Of a stretch of 64,000 nucleotides of DNA, positions 49,758-64,000 are shown one piece after another (within the stretch, counting starts at the first letter, position 1; every line of letters begins with the position of its first letter). Location of the stretch: the NCBI GenBank assembly GCA_965200245.1, contig CBDATS010000004.1, positions 160,001 through 224,000 of the forward strand. Direction: 5' to 3'. The notes below the pieces were generated by a model. The model did not search any database. It worked only from the letters and a program-made list of their open reading frames with translations, and was not told where the DNA came from. Both the position numbers and the translations under genes were made by a program. This stretch comes from a bacterium. Its GTDB lineage: Bacteria; UBA8248.

Positions 49758-50066
49758 CTAGTTCAGCTTGATCTCGACGTCCACGCCGGCCGCGAGTTCC
49801 AGTTTCATGAGCGCATCCACCGTCTGCTGCGTGGGCTCCATGATGTCCACGAGTCGCTTATGCGTCCGGATTTCGAACTGCTCTCTCGATTTCTTGTCGA
49901 TGTGCGGACCACGCAACACCGTATACTTGTTGATGGAAGTAGGCAGCGGCACTGGCCCCACGAGCGAAGCACCTGTTCGCTTCACCGTATCGACGATTTC
50001 ACCCACGGACTGATCCAGCAGGCGGTGATCGTAGGCCTTCAGTCGAATCCGAATCTTTTGGCTCAT
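49758..50066 (-). CDS. rpsJ: 30S ribosomal protein S10
   Basis: [23 protein letters not shown]. Confidence 0.98.
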   Translation of the reverse strand: MSQKIRIRLKAYDHRLLDQSVGEIVDTVKRTGASLVGPVPLPTSINKYTVLRGPHIDKKSREQFEIRTHKRLVDIMEPTQQTVDALMKLELAAGVDVEIKLN

Positions 50067-50091
50067 CTTCTCGCGCTATCCTTCCATCGCT

Positions 50092-51270
<1,179 letters not shown>

Positions 51271-51301
51271 GGCCTGCCTTCTCCTTCTAGTGTAAATATT
51301 C

Positions 51302-51324
51302 GGAGAGGGCGACTCGCCCTCTCC
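51302..51324. other. Stable hairpin between fusA and tuf (mRNA stability/processing element)
   Basis: GGAGAGGGCG-ACT-CGCCCTCTCC, perfect 10-bp stem without a U-tract. Confidence 0.5.
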
Positions 51325-51337
51325 TGAAAGTAAACGT

Positions 51338-53443
51338 CTATACCGCCTCGACTACCGTGCCGGCGTTTTTCGCCATCAGTTCCTCGGAAAGTTGCCGTGG
51401 CATTTCTTCGTATCGACCGAACTGCATGGTGTAGGTTGCCCTGCCCTGGGTCATCGACCTTACGTCGGTTGCATAACCAAACATTTCCGAAAGCGGAACG
51501 GAGGCATTCACCACCTTGGCGCCCGCCCTGTCTTCCATCTCGCGAATCCGCCCTCGTCGGGAGGTGAGATCTCCCATGACGTCACCCAGAAAGTCCGAGG
51601 GACAAACGACTTCCATATCCATGATCGGTTCCAGCAGGACCGGCTTCGCCTTCTTCGCAGCTTCCCGGAAGGCCATGGAGCCTGCGATTTTGAAGGCGAT
51701 CTCCGAACTGTCGACCGCATGGAACGACCCGTCGAAAAGCGTGACCTCAATGTCGAGCAACGGATATCCGGCCATAACGCCGTTTTCCATGGCTTCCCTG
51801 ACACCGTTCTCGACCGCCGGAATGTATTCCCTTGGAACCACGCCACCTACAATCTTGTTGACGAACTGAAAACCGCCGCCGGGAGCAAGCGGTTTGATGG
51901 TAATCTCCACATCCCCGAACTGGCCGCGTCCACCGGACTGGCGTACGAAGCGACCCCTCGCGGTGGCCTCAGCCCGAATCGTCTCGCGGTAGGCGACCTG
52001 GGGTTTGCCCACGCTGGCCTCCAGCGCGAATTCGCGGAAAAGCCTGTCCACCAGAATCTCCAAATGCAACTCGCCCATGCCGGAGAGGATAGTCTGCGCC
52101 GTTTCTTCATCCGAGCACACCCGGAAGGTCGGGTCCTCATCGGATAGCCTCGCCAGGGCGTTGCCAAGCTTGTCTTGGTCCGATTTCGTTTTCGGTTCCA
52201 CGGCGATGGAGATGACAGGTTCGGGGAAGTTGATAGTTTCAAGAAGGATAGGATGAGATGGAGCGCAGAGAGTATGGCCCGTTTTGGCCTGTTTGATGCC
52301 CAGGGCGGCGACGATGTCGCCAGCGTGGGCCTCCTGTATCTCCTCGCGCTTGTTTGCGTGCATGCGCATGAGGCGTCCTACGCGTTCCTGCTTGCCGGTG
52401 ATCGTGTTCAGCACGGAAGAACCCGATTTCAGCACGCCGGAGTATATGCGAATGAACACCAACTGGCCCACATAGGGATCCGTCATCACCTTGAAGGCGA
52501 GCGCGCAGAGCGGCTCTTCGTCCGAGGGCACTCTTTCCTCAGGCTTTCGGCCCAGTTCCAAATCTTCATCCGACAATTCAGCCTGAACAGGGGGAATATC
52601 AAGAGGAGAGGGAAGATATTCGACGATTGCGTCGAGAAGGAGTTGAACACCCTTGTTCCTAAACGCAGAGCCGCATACGACGGGAACGAATTCACCGCAG
52701 ATCGTTCCCTGCCGGATCGCGGCCCGGATCTCCTCGGGAGCAATTTCCTCGCCTTCCAAGTATTTCTCCATCAAAGAATCGTCGAACATCGAGAGCGTGT
52801 CGAAAAGCTTTTCCCTCAAATCATCGGCTGCGGCCCGGACCTCCTCGGGCACTTCTGACTCTTCGTAGGATGCACCCATCGGGTCGTCGAACACCCGTGC
52901 CTTCATGGTCACGAGATCGACCATGCCCAAAAAGTTCTCCTCCGCCCCGATGGGCAGTTGAAGCACAAGCGGGTTTGCCGCGAGGCGCTCCCTCACTTCC
53001 TCGACCACCCTTTGGAAATCGGCACCCGTCCTGTCCATCTTGTTGACAAACACGAGCCGGGGCACGCCGTATTTCTCCGCCTGCCGCCAGACGGTCTCGC
53101 TTTGCGGCTCCACGCCACCAACGGCACAAAAAACCGCCACCGCGCCGTCCAGGACGCGCAGGCTTCTCTCCACCTCGGCCGTGAAGTCCACGTGGCCAGG
53201 CGTGTCGATGATGTTAATGACGTGATCTTTCCAGGCGCAGCGCGTCGCCGCGGAGGTAATGGTGATGCCGCGTTCCTGTTCTTGCGCCATCCAGTCCATG
53301 GCGGCCGCGCCATCATGCACCTCGCCCATCTTGTGGGTCCTGCCCGTATAGAACAGGACGCGCTCGGTCGTCGTCGTCTTGCCGGCATCAATGTGTGCCA
53401 TGATGCCGATGTTTCTCGTATTCCTGAGCGCTTCGCTGGGCAC
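51338..53443 (-). CDS. fusA: Elongation factor G
   Basis: [31 protein letters not shown]; start probably GTG 53443. Confidence 0.98.
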   Translation of the reverse strand: MPSEALRNTRNIGIMAHIDAGKTTTTERVLFYTGRTHKMGEVHDGAAAMDWMAQEQERGITITSAATRCAWKDHVINIIDTPGHVDFTAEVERSLRVLDGAVAVFCAVGGVEPQSETVWRQAEKYGVPRLVFVNKMDRTGADFQRVVEEVRERLAANPLVLQLPIGAEENFLGMVDLVTMKARVFDDPMGASYEESEVPEEVRAAADDLREKLFDTLSMFDDSLMEKYLEGEEIAPEEIRAAIRQGTICGEFVPVVCGSAFRNKGVQLLLDAIVEYLPSPLDIPPVQAELSDEDLELGRKPEERVPSDEEPLCALAFKVMTDPYVGQLVFIRIYSGVLKSGSSVLNTITGKQERVGRLMRMHANKREEIQEAHAGDIVAALGIKQAKTGHTLCAPSHPILLETINFPEPVISIAVEPKTKSDQDKLGNALARLSDEDPTFRVCSDEETAQTILSGMGELHLEILVDRLFREFALEASVGKPQVAYRETIRAEATARGRFVRQSGGRGQFGDVEITIKPLAPGGGFQFVNKIVGGVVPREYIPAVENGVREAMENGVMAGYPLLDIEVTLFDGSFHAVDSSEIAFKIAGSMAFREAAKKAKPVLLEPIMDMEVVCPSDFLGDVMGDLTSRRGRIREMEDRAGAKVVNASVPLSEMFGYATDVRSMTQGRATYTMQFGRYEEMPRQLSEELMAKNAGTVVEAV

Positions 53444-53463
53444 GGTCTTACCCTTCCCTCGGC

Positions 53464-53931
53464 CTACCAACGATAATGAGCGAAGGCCTTGTTCGCCTCC
53501 GCCATGCGGTGTGTGTTTTCTCTCAGACGAACAGCGCCACCCGTATCGTTCGCTGCGTCCATGATCTCGGCGGCGAGGCCGTTCGCAATCTTCCTGTCCC
53601 GGCTGCGGGCGTTCTGAATGATCCAGCGGATGCTGAGTGCCGTGCGCCTGTCGGGTCGTACTTCCACAGGCACCTGATAGGTGGCGCCACCCACACGCCT
53701 GGAGCGAACCTCCAGAGCAGGCTTCACGTTGTCCATGGCACGCTTGAAGACCTTGATGGGGTCTTCCTTCATCTTCTCCTCCACCACGTCCATCGCTCCG
53801 TAGAATACCCGTTCGGCCAAGCTCTTCTTCCCCTTGAGCATCAAGGAGTTAATAAACTTGGTCACAAGCCGGTCATTGAACTTCGGATCCGGCAAAACGG
53901 TTCTTTTCGTAGCCCTTTTTCTTCTCGCCAT
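53464..53931 (-). CDS. rpsG: 30S ribosomal protein S7
   Basis: [26 protein letters not shown]. Confidence 0.98.
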   Translation of the reverse strand: MARRKRATKRTVLPDPKFNDRLVTKFINSLMLKGKKSLAERVFYGAMDVVEEKMKEDPIKVFKRAMDNVKPALEVRSRRVGGATYQVPVEVRPDRRTALSIRWIIQNARSRDRKIANGLAAEIMDAANDTGGAVRLRENTHRMAEANKAFAHYRW

Positions 53932-53956
53932 GGAAAATGAATCTCCTTACTGCCGC

Positions 53957-54328
53957 CTACTTCGGCTTTTTCGCCCCGTATTTGGAGCGTCCGTTGCGGC
54001 GCGCTTCCACACCCACACTGTCAAGAGTTCCCCGGACGACGTGATAGCGAATGCCAGGCAGGTCCTTCACACGCCCGCCACGAATCAAGACGATGGAGTG
54101 TTCCTGCAAGTTGTGTCCCTCACCCGGAATATAGGTGGTCACCTCCATTCCGTTGGTAAGGCGCACACGCGCGACCTTCCTGAGTGCTGAGTTCGGCTTT
54201 TTGGGCGTCGTCGTGTACACGCGCACGCAAACGCCGCGCCTCTGGGGACAGTTTCGCAGCGCGGGACTGTCGGTCTTCGTGTGAATCCGCTTGCGTCCCT
54301 TGCGTATCAACTGGCTTATCGTCGGCAC
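53957..54328 (-). CDS. rpsL: 30S ribosomal protein S12
   Basis: [19 protein letters not shown]. Confidence 0.98.
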   Translation of the reverse strand: MPTISQLIRKGRKRIHTKTDSPALRNCPQRRGVCVRVYTTTPKKPNSALRKVARVRLTNGMEVTTYIPGEGHNLQEHSIVLIRGGRVKDLPGIRYHVVRGTLDSVGVEARRNGRSKYGAKKPK

Positions 54329-54528
54329 CGTTCACTCCGAATCGTTAGATAACTGCCTCAAAAATCCCGCACCTTCAAGACCAAAGCGTTCTCCACCCTC
54401 ATCTCAGGGCACTCAATTCGTTCCTCGGCCTAGCCCTGAGACGGGTCAGCCAAATATTCATAATAATTTCAATTGCTTGCAAGGTTCTACGACTTCAAGA
54501 ACCTAGCACGCCAGACAACGAAGCGGCG

Positions 54529-54556
54529 ATTATAGCCCTACACGCGCTCTTGTCAA
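54529..54556 (-). promoter_or_regulatory. Consensus sigma70 promoter of the str(-S10-spc) operon
   Basis: TTGACA-N16-TATAAT on the minus strand, ~200 nt upstream of rpsL. Confidence 0.8.
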
Positions 54557-54583
54557 CCTAGGGTGATGAAAAAAATACATATT

Positions 54584-57500
54584 TCAAGGGGTTATTCCAA
54601 GGATATCCCCCTCTTCCGCCGCAGGGGCCCTGTTGTCCTCTTCCTCGTCGATAATCGCGGGAATATCGTCCGTGATGGGCGCGAGTTCCACCTCAGGAGA
54701 CACAAGTTCCACCTGCTGATAGCGCCGCGCACCCGTGCCCGCAGGAATCAACCTGCCCATGATGACGTTCTCCTTGAGCCCCTGTAGGAAATCCACCTTG
54801 CCGGAAACCGCCGCCTGCGTGAGCACACGGGTGGTCTCCTGGAAGGAGGCCGCCGAGATGAAGCTGTCCGTGGAGAGAGAGGCGCGGGTGATGCCGAGCA
54901 GGATGGGTCGGCCCGTCGCCGGGGTTCTCCCCTCTTCTTCCGCCTCCTGGTTACGGCGCTGGAACTGTTCGCGCGTCACCTGTTCACCGATGACGAGGTC
55001 AGTCTCTCCAGGATCGACGACCTCAAGCCTTCTGAGCATCTGCCGCACGATAATCTCGATGTGCTTGTCGTTGATGTTCACGCCCTGGAGCCGGTACACT
55101 TCCTGTACTTCGTTGACGAGATAGTTCTGCAATTCATTCTCGCCGAGCACCGCCAGAATGTCGTGGGGGTTCACCGCGCCGTCCATGAGCGGTTCGCCCG
55201 CACGGACGTAATCCCCTTCCTGCACGTTCACGTGCTTGCCTCGGGGGATGAGGTAATCGCGCTCATCGCCTTCTTCGGAGACAACCATGAGGCGACGCAT
55301 GCCACGCTGGGTACCCGCGAACTTCACGTGTCCGTTAATCTCGGAGATCACAGCGTTTTCCTTGGGTCTGCGCGCTTCGAACAACTCGGCGACGCGCGGC
55401 AGACCGCCTGTGATGTCCTTGGTCTTCGAGGTCTCGCGTGTGATCTTGAAGATGATGTTGCCCGCTGAAATCGCCTCCCCCTCCTGTACGCTGATATGCG
55501 CCCCGGCCGGCAGGGGGTACACGGAAATTTGCTCGCCCGCTGCATCGAGAAGAGCGGCACGCGGCTGGAGCTTCTCGTCGGCGTGATCGAGTATCACCCG
55601 GCGAGAGAGACCCGTGATCTCGTCGATCTCTTCTTGCATTGTGAGGCCCTCGATGACGTCGATCAACGTGATGGTCCCCTCTTTTTCCGCCATGATGGAA
55701 AACGTGTAGGGATCCCACTCCAGGAGAATCTCTCCCTCGCTCACCCGGGAGTTTTCCCTCGAGCGAACATAGGCACCGTAGACTACCGGGTAGCGCTCGC
55801 GCTCGCGTCCCGTCTCGTCGCAGATGGCGATCTGCCCGTTGCGGTTCATGTTAATCATATCGCCTTCCTTGCTCGTGATGATCCGCAGGTTGATGTACTT
55901 CACGAAACCCTCGCGCTTGGCCTCTACCGTACTCTGTTCACCCGCTCTCGTGGCCGTACCGCCGATATGGAACGTGCGCATGGTAAGTTGCGTGCCCGGC
56001 TCGCCGATGGACTGGGCGGCAATGACGCCAACAGCTTCTCCCACCTCCACAAGATGGCCCGTGGCCAGGCCGCGTCCGTAGCATTTCGAGCAAACACCCG
56101 TCAGGGACTCGCAGGTAAGCACCGAGCGAATGGTGACCCGCTCCACACCTGCGTTTTCGATGAGGCGCACCTTCTCCTCGTTGATTTCTTCGCCTGCCGC
56201 GCAGAGAATCTCGTTGTTGAAGGGGTCCTTGATATCGTTCAGGGCAATCCGGCCGATGATACGCTCGCCCAGCGTCTGGATGATCTCACCACCCTCGACG
56301 AGAGCGCTCATCTCGATGCCGTTGATGGTCCCGCAGTCTTCCTCGTTGATGATGATGTCCTGGGCCACATCCACGAGGCGGCGCGTCAGATACCCGCTGT
56401 TCGCCGTCTTGAGCGCGGTATCCGCCAGGCCCTTGCGCGCGCCGTGCGTCGATATGAAGTACTGGAGCACGGAGAGACCCTCGCGGAAGTTCGCCGTAAT
56501 TGGCGTTTCGATAATCTCGCCCGAGGGCTTGGCCATCAGGCCCCGCATTCCGCCGAGCTGACGCAACTGGGCTGTGCTGCCCCGCGCACCCGAGTCGGCC
56601 ATAATGTAGATGGGATTGAAGTCGAACGGCTGGCCCTCCTCGCCGCCGGGCCCGCTCATCGCGGTCTCGTCGTCCTGTTCGAGCACCTTGAACATCTCGC
56701 CCGAGACTTCCTCAGTCACGTGCGACCAGATGTCGATGATCTTGTTGTAGCGCTCCCCGTCCGTAATCAGACCTTCGCGGTACTCTTTCTCGACCTCAAG
56801 CACCTCGCTGCGGGCATCTTCCGTGAGTTCGCCCTTGCTGGAGGGCACCTTCATGTCGTCGATAGAGATGGAAATTCCCGCCTGCGTCGCGTGCGTGAAG
56901 CCCAAGTTTTTGAGCGCGTCCAGGAACGTCACCGTCTTCGAACGGCCCGCCTTCTCGTAGCAGGTGGCAACGAGCCGCGTGAGTGCACGCTTGTCCATGA
57001 CGCAGTTCGCCGCCTCGAATGGAACGCCCTCGGGTAAAATTTCATAGAGCAGCACTCGCCCGACGGTGGTCTCCACCAACTCGTCTCCCAGACGAATCCG
57101 AATGCGTGTCTGCAGACCCACCTCGCCCTGATCGAATGCAATTCTCGCCTCACCCACGTTTCCAAACACATGGCCCTCTCCCTTCGAGCCGCCTCTCGGC
57201 TTCGTCAGGTAGTAGCAGCCCAGAATGATGTCCTGACTGGGCACAGCGAGAGGCATACCGTTCGCCGGCGAGAGAATATTGTTGGCCGAAAGCATCAGCA
57301 CGCGCGTCTCCTCCACGGCCTCCACCGAAAGGGGTACGTGCACCGCCATCTGGTCACCGTCGAAATCCGCGTTGAACGCCGCGCACACAAGAGGATGTAC
57401 GCGGATGGCCTTGCCTTCAACCAGGATCGGCATGAACGCCTGCATTCCGAGGCGATGCAACGTGGGTGCACGATTGAGAATTACCGGATGGTTGCGAACC

Positions 57501-58747
57501 ACCTCCTCAAGCACGTCCCAGACCTCGGGCCGCTCCTCCTCGACCATCTTTTTGGCCGCCTTGATGGTGGCGACCAAGCCTTTTTCCTCCAGACGATTGA
57601 AAATAAACGGCTTGAAGAGTTCGAGCGCCATCTTCTTCGGCAGGCCGCACTGGTTGAACTTGAGTTCCGGACCAATGACGATTACCGAACGCCCCGAGTA
57701 GTCCACGCGCTTGCCCAGAAGGTTCTGACGGAAGCGACCCTGCTTTCCCTTAAGCATGTCGGAGAGGCTTTTGAGCGGACGCTTGTTCGGGCCGCGGAGC
57801 AGACGTCCCCTGCGACCATTGTCAAACAGCGCGTCGACCGCCTCCTGGAGCATGCGCTTCTCGTTTCGGATGATGATGTCTGGCGCCCGCAACTCCTGGA
57901 GCCTGAGCAGGCGGTTGTTGCGGTTGATCACCCGGCGGTAGAGATCGTTCAGGTCGCTCGTGGCGAAGCGGCCGCCGTCGAGCGGCACGAGGGGTCGAAG
58001 TTCGGGCGGCAGCACGGGGATGACTTCGAGTATCATCCACTCGGCACGGTTGCCCGAATTCTTGAAGGAATCCACCACTTTCAGGCGCTTGATAAGTTTG
58101 CGCCGCTTCTGGAGGTTCGAGGTGTCGCGAATCTCCGCCTTGAGCGCCGCGGAGAGCGCTTCGAGGTCCAGTTGGGTGAGCAGTTCGCGAATCGCCTCCG
58201 CACCGATGCCGATTTTATACTCGTCCTCGTCGTATTCCTCATATATCTTTCGGTATTGCTCCTCGGTGAGGAGTTCGTATTTCTTCAGATCCGTCTCGCC
58301 CGGGTCGATGACGACATGGTTCTCGAAATAGAGAATCCGTTCCAGTTCGCGCAACGTCATGTCGAGCATGTTGCCAATGCGGCTGGGAAGGCCCTTGAAG
58401 AACCAAACGTGAGAGACCGGGGTGGCCAGTTCGATGTGGCCCAAGCGCTCGCGGCGCACTTTCGAGGAAATGACCTCGACGCCGCACTTCTCGCAAACCA
58501 CGCCCCTGTACTTCATCCGCTTGTACTTGCCGCAAAGGCACTCATAGTCCTTGACGGGGCCGAATATGACGGCGCAGAAAAGCCCGTCCCGTTCGGGCCT
58601 GAACGTGCGGTAGTTGATGGTCTCGGGCTTTTTCACTTCACCCGAAGACCAGGCGCGAATAGTATGCGGAGAAGCGATGCGAATACGTATCGCGTCGAAA
58701 GAAACGGGGTCCTTCGGCTTTTCGAATAAGTTCAAGTTGCTGTCCAA
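54584..58747 (-). CDS. rpoC: RNA polymerase beta' subunit
   Basis: [27 protein letters not shown]; start TTG 58747 with AAGGAGG RBS. Confidence 0.99.
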   Translation of the reverse strand: MDSNLNLFEKPKDPVSFDAIRIRIASPHTIRAWSSGEVKKPETINYRTFRPERDGLFCAVIFGPVKDYECLCGKYKRMKYRGVVCEKCGVEVISSKVRRERLGHIELATPVSHVWFFKGLPSRIGNMLDMTLRELERILYFENHVVIDPGETDLKKYELLTEEQYRKIYEEYDEDEYKIGIGAEAIRELLTQLDLEALSAALKAEIRDTSNLQKRRKLIKRLKVVDSFKNSGNRAEWMILEVIPVLPPELRPLVPLDGGRFATSDLNDLYRRVINRNNRLLRLQELRAPDIIIRNEKRMLQEAVDALFDNGRRGRLLRGPNKRPLKSLSDMLKGKQGRFRQNLLGKRVDYSGRSVIVIGPELKFNQCGLPKKMALELFKPFIFNRLEEKGLVATIKAAKKMVEEERPEVWDVLEEVVRNHPVILNRAPTLHRLGMQAFMPILVEGKAIRVHPLVCAAFNADFDGDQMAVHVPLSVEAVEETRVLMLSANNILSPANGMPLAVPSQDIILGCYYLTKPRGGSKGEGHVFGNVGEARIAFDQGEVGLQTRIRIRLGDELVETTVGRVLLYEILPEGVPFEAANCVMDKRALTRLVATCYEKAGRSKTVTFLDALKNLGFTHATQAGISISIDDMKVPSSKGELTEDARSEVLEVEKEYREGLITDGERYNKIIDIWSHVTEEVSGEMFKVLEQDDETAMSGPGGEEGQPFDFNPIYIMADSGARGSTAQLRQLGGMRGLMAKPSGEIIETPITANFREGLSVLQYFISTHGARKGLADTALKTANSGYLTRRLVDVAQDIIINEEDCGTINGIEMSALVEGGEIIQTLGERIIGRIALNDIKDPFNNEILCAAGEEINEEKVRLIENAGVERVTIRSVLTCESLTGVCSKCYGRGLATGHLVEVGEAVGVIAAQSIGEPGTQLTMRTFHIGGTATRAGEQSTVEAKREGFVKYINLRIITSKEGDMINMNRNGQIAICDETGRERERYPVVYGAYVRSRENSRVSEGEILLEWDPYTFSIMAEKEGTITLIDVIEGLTMQEEIDEITGLSRRVILDHADEKLQPRAALLDAAGEQISVYPLPAGAHISVQEGEAISAGNIIFKITRETSKTKDITGGLPRVAELFEARRPKENAVISEINGHVKFAGTQRGMRRLMVVSEEGDERDYLIPRGKHVNVQEGDYVRAGEPLMDGAVNPHDILAVLGENELQNYLVNEVQEVYRLQGVNINDKHIEIIVRQMLRRLEVVDPGETDLVIGEQVTREQFQRRNQEAEEEGRTPATGRPILLGITRASLSTDSFISAASFQETTRVLTQAAVSGKVDFLQGLKENVIMGRLIPAGTGARRYQQVELVSPEVELAPITDDIPAIIDEEEDNRAPAAEEGDILGITP

Positions 58748-58831
58748 TTCAACCCTCCTTGGGAATATGCGCGTCATCCCTTGGGCGACGGTCGATGGAA
58801 CCGCCAAACAAACAGGCTCGATAATTCAACT

Positions 58832-61800
58832 TTAGCTTGGCGCCTCGCCGCTCTCTATCAGCTCGACGTCGAGGGCGAGGCTCTGGAGTTCCTTCATCAG
58901 CACGTTGAAGGACTCGGGCAGACTCGCCTCAAGGGAGTTCTCACCCTTCACGATGGATTCGTAAATTCGAGTACGGCCAGAGACGTCGTCGCTCTTCACC
59001 GTCAGTATCTCCTGGAGCGTCTTGGCGGCGCCATAGGCCTCAAGTGCCCAAACCTCCATCTCGCCGAGGCGCTGCCCTCCGAACTGTGCCTTGCCGCCGA
59101 GAGGCTGCTGCGTCACCAGCGAATACGGACCCGTCGAGCGCGCGTGAATCTTGTCGTCCACGAGGTGGTGGAGTTTTAACATGTAGATCATCCCCACCGT
59201 GACTTTCTGCTCGAAGGGCTGGCCGGACTTACCGTCATAGAGCTGGGTTTTGCCGTAGGGGGGCAACTCGGCCTCTTCCGTAAATCGCACGATGTCCTGT
59301 TCCGTAGCACCGTCGAAGACAGGAGTCGCGAAATGCTTGCCGAGAACCTTCGCGGCCCATCCCAGGTTCGTCTCCAGTATCTGGCCGACGTTCATTCGCG
59401 AGGGCACGCCGAGGGGGTTCAATACAATCTCGATGGGAGTACCGTCCTCAAGATAGGGCATATCCTCTTCGGGAACGATGATGGATACGACCCCCTTGTT
59501 CCCGTGGCGACCGGCCATCTTGTCCCCCACCTGGAGCTTGCGCTTCATCGCCACGTAGACTTTCGCCATCTTGAGAACACCGGGGGGAAGTTCATCGCCA
59601 CGCTGAAGCTTTGCTATCTTCTCTTCCAAAATGCTTTCGAGAAGTGCCACCTGCTCGGTCGTGTGATCAGCCATGGTCTTGACCTGATCAAGTAAATCCC
59701 TCTCGACGGGCAGGTTCAGAAGGTTCACGCCGCTGAAACTCGCGAGGCCTTCCGCGTTCAACTCCTCCCCCGCGGAGAAGAATTTCTCGCCCGACCTGGG
59801 GTGCACCACGTCAGCTAGAGCGTGCTGGCCGATGAGCAAAGAGCGGATTCTGGCGTCACCCTCTTCAAGCAGGATGCGGATTTCATCTCCATAATCCTTC
59901 TCCAGCCTGTTGATCTCCGCCTCTTCGATCTGAAGCATGCGCGCGTCCTTCTCCGCGCCACGCCGGGAGAATACCCGAACCTCCACAGCGGTACCCTCGA
60001 TACCCGGGGGCACCCTGAGCGAGGAGTCGCGGACGTCACCCGCCTTCTCGCCGAAGATGGCTCGCAGAAGCTTCTCCTCGGGGCTGAGCTGTGTCTCTCC
60101 CTTGGGCGTGATGCGCCCGACGAGTACGTCTCCCGGGCTGACCCGCGCGCCCACGCGAACGATGCCGCTCTCATCGAGATCGCGCAACGCCTCTTCACTC
60201 TGGTTCGGGATGTCACGCGTAATCTCTTCGGGACCCTGCTTCGTGTCGCGCGCCTCTATCTCGAACTCCTCGATGTGCAAGGAGGTATAAATGTCTTCCT
60301 TGACGACTTTCTCGGAGATGACGATGGCATCCTCGAAGTTGTAGCCGTTCCAGGGCATAAAGGCGACGAGCATGTTCCTGCCCAGGGCAAGCTCGCCCTG
60401 GTCGGTGGAGAAGCCATCCGCGATGATCTCTCCTTTCTTCACCTCCTGGCCCACATGGACGATGGGTTTCTGGTTGATGCATGTATTCTGGTTCGAACGG
60501 CGATACTTCACCAAATTGTGGATGTAAACGCCCTCTTCGGCCAGGTTGCCCGCTTGTTCCTTCGCACGAATCACGATTCTGGTCGCGTCCACGCTCACTA
60601 CCTGACCGTCGCACTTCGCGATGACGACCGCGCCCGAGTCCCGCGCTGCGATGCCTTCCATGCCGGTGCCGACGAAGGGCGCTTCGGGCTGCAGGAGGGG
60701 AACCGCCTGGCGCTGCATGTTCGAACCCATGAGTGCGCGGTTTGCGTCATCGTTCTCCAGGAAGGGAATCAGGGAGGTGGCCACGCTCACCAACTGCTTG
60801 GGTGAAACGTCCATGTAATCTACCTGCTCGCGGGGCACCATGACGAATTCGCCGCTCGTCCTCGCCGAGACAAAATCGTTGACAAGGTTTCCCTTCTCGT
60901 CCACGGGCGCGTTTGCCTGAGCGACCTTATACTTGTCCTCATCGATCGCGGAGAGCCATTCGACGGATTGGTTCACGCGCCCGTTCACCACCTTGCGGCA
61001 GGGCGTCTCGATGAATCCGTACTGGTTCACGCGTGCATAGGTGGAAAGACTCGCTATGAGTCCGATGTTTGGACCCTCGGGAGTCTCGATCGGGCAAATG
61101 CGGCCGTAGTGGGTGGCATGGACATCACGCACCTCGAAACCGGCCCGATCACGCGTCAACCCGCCGGGGCCCAGAGCCGAAAGCCTGCGCTTGTGGGTGA
61201 TCTCCGAAAGTGGATTCGTCTGATCCATGAACTGGCTCAACTGGCTGGAGCCGAAAAACTCCTTCACCGCCGCCGTTATCATTTTGGAGTTGACCAAGTC
61301 TCGCACCAGCAGGTTGTCCATATCCTGGATACTCAGCCGTTCGCGGATGGCGCGCTCCATGCGCACGAGACCAACACGGAACTGGCTTTCGAGCAACTCG
61401 CCCACCGAACGCACACGCCTGTTGCCGAGGTGATCGATGTCGTCCACCGTGCCCTGGCCGTGGCGAAGTTCGATGATGTAGCGGACCGTGGCGGTGACGT
61501 CGTTGAGCGTAAGCGTCCTCTGATCCAGCGGGAGGTTCAGGCCGAGTTTCGTGTTCAGCTTGAGCCGCCCGATGCGCGAGAGGTCATATCGCTTCGAGTT
61601 GAAGAAGAGATTCTCGAAAAGAAGACGCGCCGTTTCCTTGGTCGGCGGATCTCCCGGGCGCAGGCGCTTGTATATCTCGACGAGGGCGTCTTCCTGCGTC
61701 TCACACTTATCCGAAGTCAGGGTATCCCGGATCGTCCTGTCCGCGCCCACGCCGGAAACATAGAGAATGGCCAGCTTGGGGATTTTCCTGTCGCGCAGGG

Positions 61801-62878
61801 CGGCGAGAACCTCAGATGTTATCTCGAGGTTCGTGTCGAAAAGCACCTCTCCGGTTTCGGGATCTGGCACTGGCTGGGCCAGAATACCCCCGACGACTTC
61901 CTCGTCCTTGAGTTCAAGGTTTTCGACGCCTGCGGCCTGAAGCTTCCTGAGCGCGGCGCGCGTGAACTTGCGTCCGGATCGCAGGACGAGTTCGCCCGTA
62001 TCGGGCAGGACGATGTCCTCGAAAATCCTCTGGTTCACCATGAGTTCGGAAAGCTTCTTGTAGTAGGCGTCTCTTTTCTCGTCGTAGAAGAGTTCCTCAC
62101 TCTGATAGAAGGAATTGAGAATGTCGTCCTTGTCCAGGCCGAACGCGCGCAGCAGGATGGTGACGGGAAGCTTGCGGCGTCTGTCTATCCGGACGAAGAG
62201 CAGGTCCTTGCTGTCGAATTCAAAATCGAGCCAACTCCCACGGTAGGGGATAAGCCTGGCCGTGAAGGCCGATTTTTCACTGGGCTTCGCCTTGTCTGCG
62301 CTGAAGAAGGCGCCCGGGGAGCGGTGCATCTGGCTGACGACGACCCGCTCCGTGCCGTTGATGATGAAGGTGCCATTCTCCGTCATCAGGGGGATTTCCC
62401 CCAGGTACACCTTTTGCTCCTTCACCTCGCGGACGCGGCGTTCCTTGGTCTGCTCGTCGCGTTCGTATACCGTGAGGCGCAGCATGAAGCGAAGGGGCGC
62501 GACGAAGGTCATTCCTCTCTGGCGGCATTCATCAACCTCATGTTTTTGACGGCAGAAGACTTCCACCCCGTCATCGTCCTTCACGCCGGTGCCGCCTATG
62601 CCGGGATACTCCTCGCCCCTCGACTCCCAGACGCCTATTTCATAACCAAGGTATTCGAGCGTCACGTTCTCGGCGGCGTCGGAGATGGGAAACACGCTGC
62701 GGAATACGCCTTCCAGCCCCTCGTCCGTCCGACGCTCCGAGGGATTCGTTTCCCACTGGAGAAACCGCTCGTAGGAAGAAAGCTGAGTGTCGATCAAATT
62801 CGGAATATCGATAACCGCAGGTATAGAGGCGAAATCCTCACGAACCCGACGGCCGTTCTTGGCATTTTTTATGTTCAT
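58832..62878 (-). CDS. rpoB: RNA polymerase beta subunit
   Basis: [39 protein letters not shown]. Confidence 0.99.
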   Translation of the reverse strand: MNIKNAKNGRRVREDFASIPAVIDIPNLIDTQLSSYERFLQWETNPSERRTDEGLEGVFRSVFPISDAAENVTLEYLGYEIGVWESRGEEYPGIGGTGVKDDDGVEVFCRQKHEVDECRQRGMTFVAPLRFMLRLTVYERDEQTKERRVREVKEQKVYLGEIPLMTENGTFIINGTERVVVSQMHRSPGAFFSADKAKPSEKSAFTARLIPYRGSWLDFEFDSKDLLFVRIDRRRKLPVTILLRAFGLDKDDILNSFYQSEELFYDEKRDAYYKKLSELMVNQRIFEDIVLPDTGELVLRSGRKFTRAALRKLQAAGVENLELKDEEVVGGILAQPVPDPETGEVLFDTNLEITSEVLAALRDRKIPKLAILYVSGVGADRTIRDTLTSDKCETQEDALVEIYKRLRPGDPPTKETARLLFENLFFNSKRYDLSRIGRLKLNTKLGLNLPLDQRTLTLNDVTATVRYIIELRHGQGTVDDIDHLGNRRVRSVGELLESQFRVGLVRMERAIRERLSIQDMDNLLVRDLVNSKMITAAVKEFFGSSQLSQFMDQTNPLSEITHKRRLSALGPGGLTRDRAGFEVRDVHATHYGRICPIETPEGPNIGLIASLSTYARVNQYGFIETPCRKVVNGRVNQSVEWLSAIDEDKYKVAQANAPVDEKGNLVNDFVSARTSGEFVMVPREQVDYMDVSPKQLVSVATSLIPFLENDDANRALMGSNMQRQAVPLLQPEAPFVGTGMEGIAARDSGAVVIAKCDGQVVSVDATRIVIRAKEQAGNLAEEGVYIHNLVKYRRSNQNTCINQKPIVHVGQEVKKGEIIADGFSTDQGELALGRNMLVAFMPWNGYNFEDAIVISEKVVKEDIYTSLHIEEFEIEARDTKQGPEEITRDIPNQSEEALRDLDESGIVRVGARVSPGDVLVGRITPKGETQLSPEEKLLRAIFGEKAGDVRDSSLRVPPGIEGTAVEVRVFSRRGAEKDARMLQIEEAEINRLEKDYGDEIRILLEEGDARIRSLLIGQHALADVVHPRSGEKFFSAGEELNAEGLASFSGVNLLNLPVERDLLDQVKTMADHTTEQVALLESILEEKIAKLQRGDELPPGVLKMAKVYVAMKRKLQVGDKMAGRHGNKGVVSIIVPEEDMPYLEDGTPIEIVLNPLGVPSRMNVGQILETNLGWAAKVLGKHFATPVFDGATEQDIVRFTEEAELPPYGKTQLYDGKSGQPFEQKVTVGMIYMLKLHHLVDDKIHARSTGPYSLVTQQPLGGKAQFGGQRLGEMEVWALEAYGAAKTLQEILTVKSDDVSGRTRIYESIVKGENSLEASLPESFNVLMKELQSLALDVELIESGEAPS

Positions 62879-62971
62879 ATTGGCTCACCTCAAGAAAGTG
62901 GGGGCGACTCAAGTAATGCGCCGACCCCGTATCAACCGCAGGGATCGGGTCATCTGCATCCCGGGTGAGCT

Positions 62972-63355
62972 TTATGTGATCTCTACCTCCGCACCGACTT
63001 CCTTAAGTTTCTCGGCGGCAGCTTCGGCGTCTTCCTTGGGAACCGCCTCTACGACGGCCTGGGGTGCGCTTTCCACCAAGTCTTTCGCCTCCTTGAGACC
63101 AAGGCTGGTCAATTCACGGACGGTCTTGATAACCTTGATTTTTTCCGAACCAAAAGATTTGAGGGTGACGGTGAAATCGGTTTTCTCCTCCGCCGCTTCG
63201 CTCGCGTCGCCGCCCGCCGCCATTCCCGCTCCAGCCATCATCATGGGCACCGCCGCGGTTACGCCGAACTTCTCCTCAAGCTCCTTGACGAATTCGCTCA
63301 ACTCCATCACCGTCATATTTTCAATGAAATCGATAACTTCCTCTTTTGTCGCCAC
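62972..63355 (-). CDS. rplL: 50S ribosomal protein L7/L12
   Basis: [32 protein letters not shown]. Confidence 0.98.
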   Translation of the reverse strand: MATKEEVIDFIENMTVMELSEFVKELEEKFGVTAAVPMMMAGAGMAAGGDASEAAEEKTDFTVTLKSFGSEKIKVIKTVRELTSLGLKEAKDLVESAPQAVVEAVPKEDAEAAAEKLKEVGAEVEIT

Positions 63356-63459
63356 AATTCGCCCTTTCCTCGCATGCGCAACAAACCATCGACCAGATTA
63401 CGGCCATTTTATTTTGGGAAATTTCATCGTTTTGCCCATTCCAAGGGCAATCCATCATG

Positions 63460-64000
63460 CTACACCTGTTCTTGTTTTTTGGCAATGGCGTCGACAACAT
63501 TTATGAACTGTGAAATGACGCCGTTCAGAACCCTCGGCAGACCCGCGACAGGAGCCTGCAATGCGGATAGCAACATCGAGAGCAGTACTTCGCGCGATGG
63601 CAGGTCCGCGAGCGACTCTACCTCGGCGGCTTCGAGGAATCTGCCGTCCAGAACCCCGCCCTTGATCGCACCGGCGGACTCTGCTTTTACGAATTCCTTG
63701 AGTAACTTGGCGGGCGCCGCCGGGTCGCCGTCCGTCGTCACGATGGAAATCGGACCGACAAGCCTTCCGCGCAATTCCTCGAAGGCCGTACCGTCCGCCG
63801 CGCGTTCGGTGAGCGTATTCTTAACCACGGATAGCCGAACACCGACCTCGCGCGTCTGACGCCTGAGCGATGTCATCTGCGCGACACTCAGCCCGCGATA
63901 GTCGAACAGCACCAAGGACGTGCTCTCGTTGAAGCGGTTCAAAAGCGCTTCTACCGCCTCCACTTTATCGGCGCGTGCGGCCTTGCCTGTCGCCAGCCTC
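63460..64000 (-). CDS. rplJ: 50S ribosomal protein L10 (5' end probably beyond window edge)
   Basis: DYRGLSVAQMTSLR, VVKNTL, LADLPSRE; directly upstream of rplL. Confidence 0.95.
   Translation of the reverse strand, partial: RLATGKAARADKVEAVEALLNRFNESTSLVLFDYRGLSVAQMTSLRRQTREVGVRLSVVKNTLTERAADGTAFEELRGRLVGPISIVTTDGDPAAPAKLLKEFVKAESAGAIKGGVLDGRFLEAAEVESLADLPSREVLLSMLLSALQAPVAGLPRVLNGVISQFINVVDAIAKKQEQV

Noticed and set aside
53957-61260. Antibiotic-resistance substitutions in RpsL or the RpoB rifampicin region
   Set aside because: S12 PKKPNS and RVKDLPG and Rpo[21 protein letters not shown] match sensitive consensus
55496-62968. Several 300-670-aa plus-strand ORFs
   Set aside because: Antisense shadows of rpoC and rpoB

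Overview
Bacterial chromosomal window, roughly 55-62% GC by eye. The cell is probably a diderm, since it encodes an outer-membrane autotransporter. Ribosomal-protein and RpoB features suggest a deep-branching lineage near Nitrospinota/Tectomicrobia, NC10 or Acidobacteriota; this is inference, not a tree. Three blocks: (1) 1-17.2 kb: partial chorismate mutase, an EstA-type GDSL autotransporter, and a minus-strand housekeeping run (M23 peptidase, gamma-CA, ppx, yceD, rpmF, plsX, fabH, fabD, acpP, fabF, rnc, smc, ftsY) that lacks fabG. (2) 17.4-34.5 kb: an accessory metabolic region split by back-to-back sigma70 promoters at ~23.45 kb. Leftward it carries a cyclase, Zn-dehydrogenase, a decayed sulfite-oxidase-family pseudogene, flavin reductase, HAD hydrolase, GATase and CinA with a degenerate PncC domain. 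Rightward it carries MocA-like, Fe-ADH, hpt, a MITE/REP-like element, an MLE-like enolase, an HMG-CoA-lyase-like enzyme, a complete 4-subunit Na+-translocating acyl-CoA decarboxylase, a family III CoA-transferase and a GntR regulator. (3) 34.5-64 kb: the uninterrupted rplJL-rpoBC-str-S10-spc-alpha supercluster. The best candidate for an undescribed system is the GntR-linked Na+-pumping decarboxylase plus CoA-transferase III module, which could be a two-step CoA-cycling (alkyl)malonate energy-conservation loop. No rRNA, tRNA, CRISPR array, transposase or prophage gene was seen.
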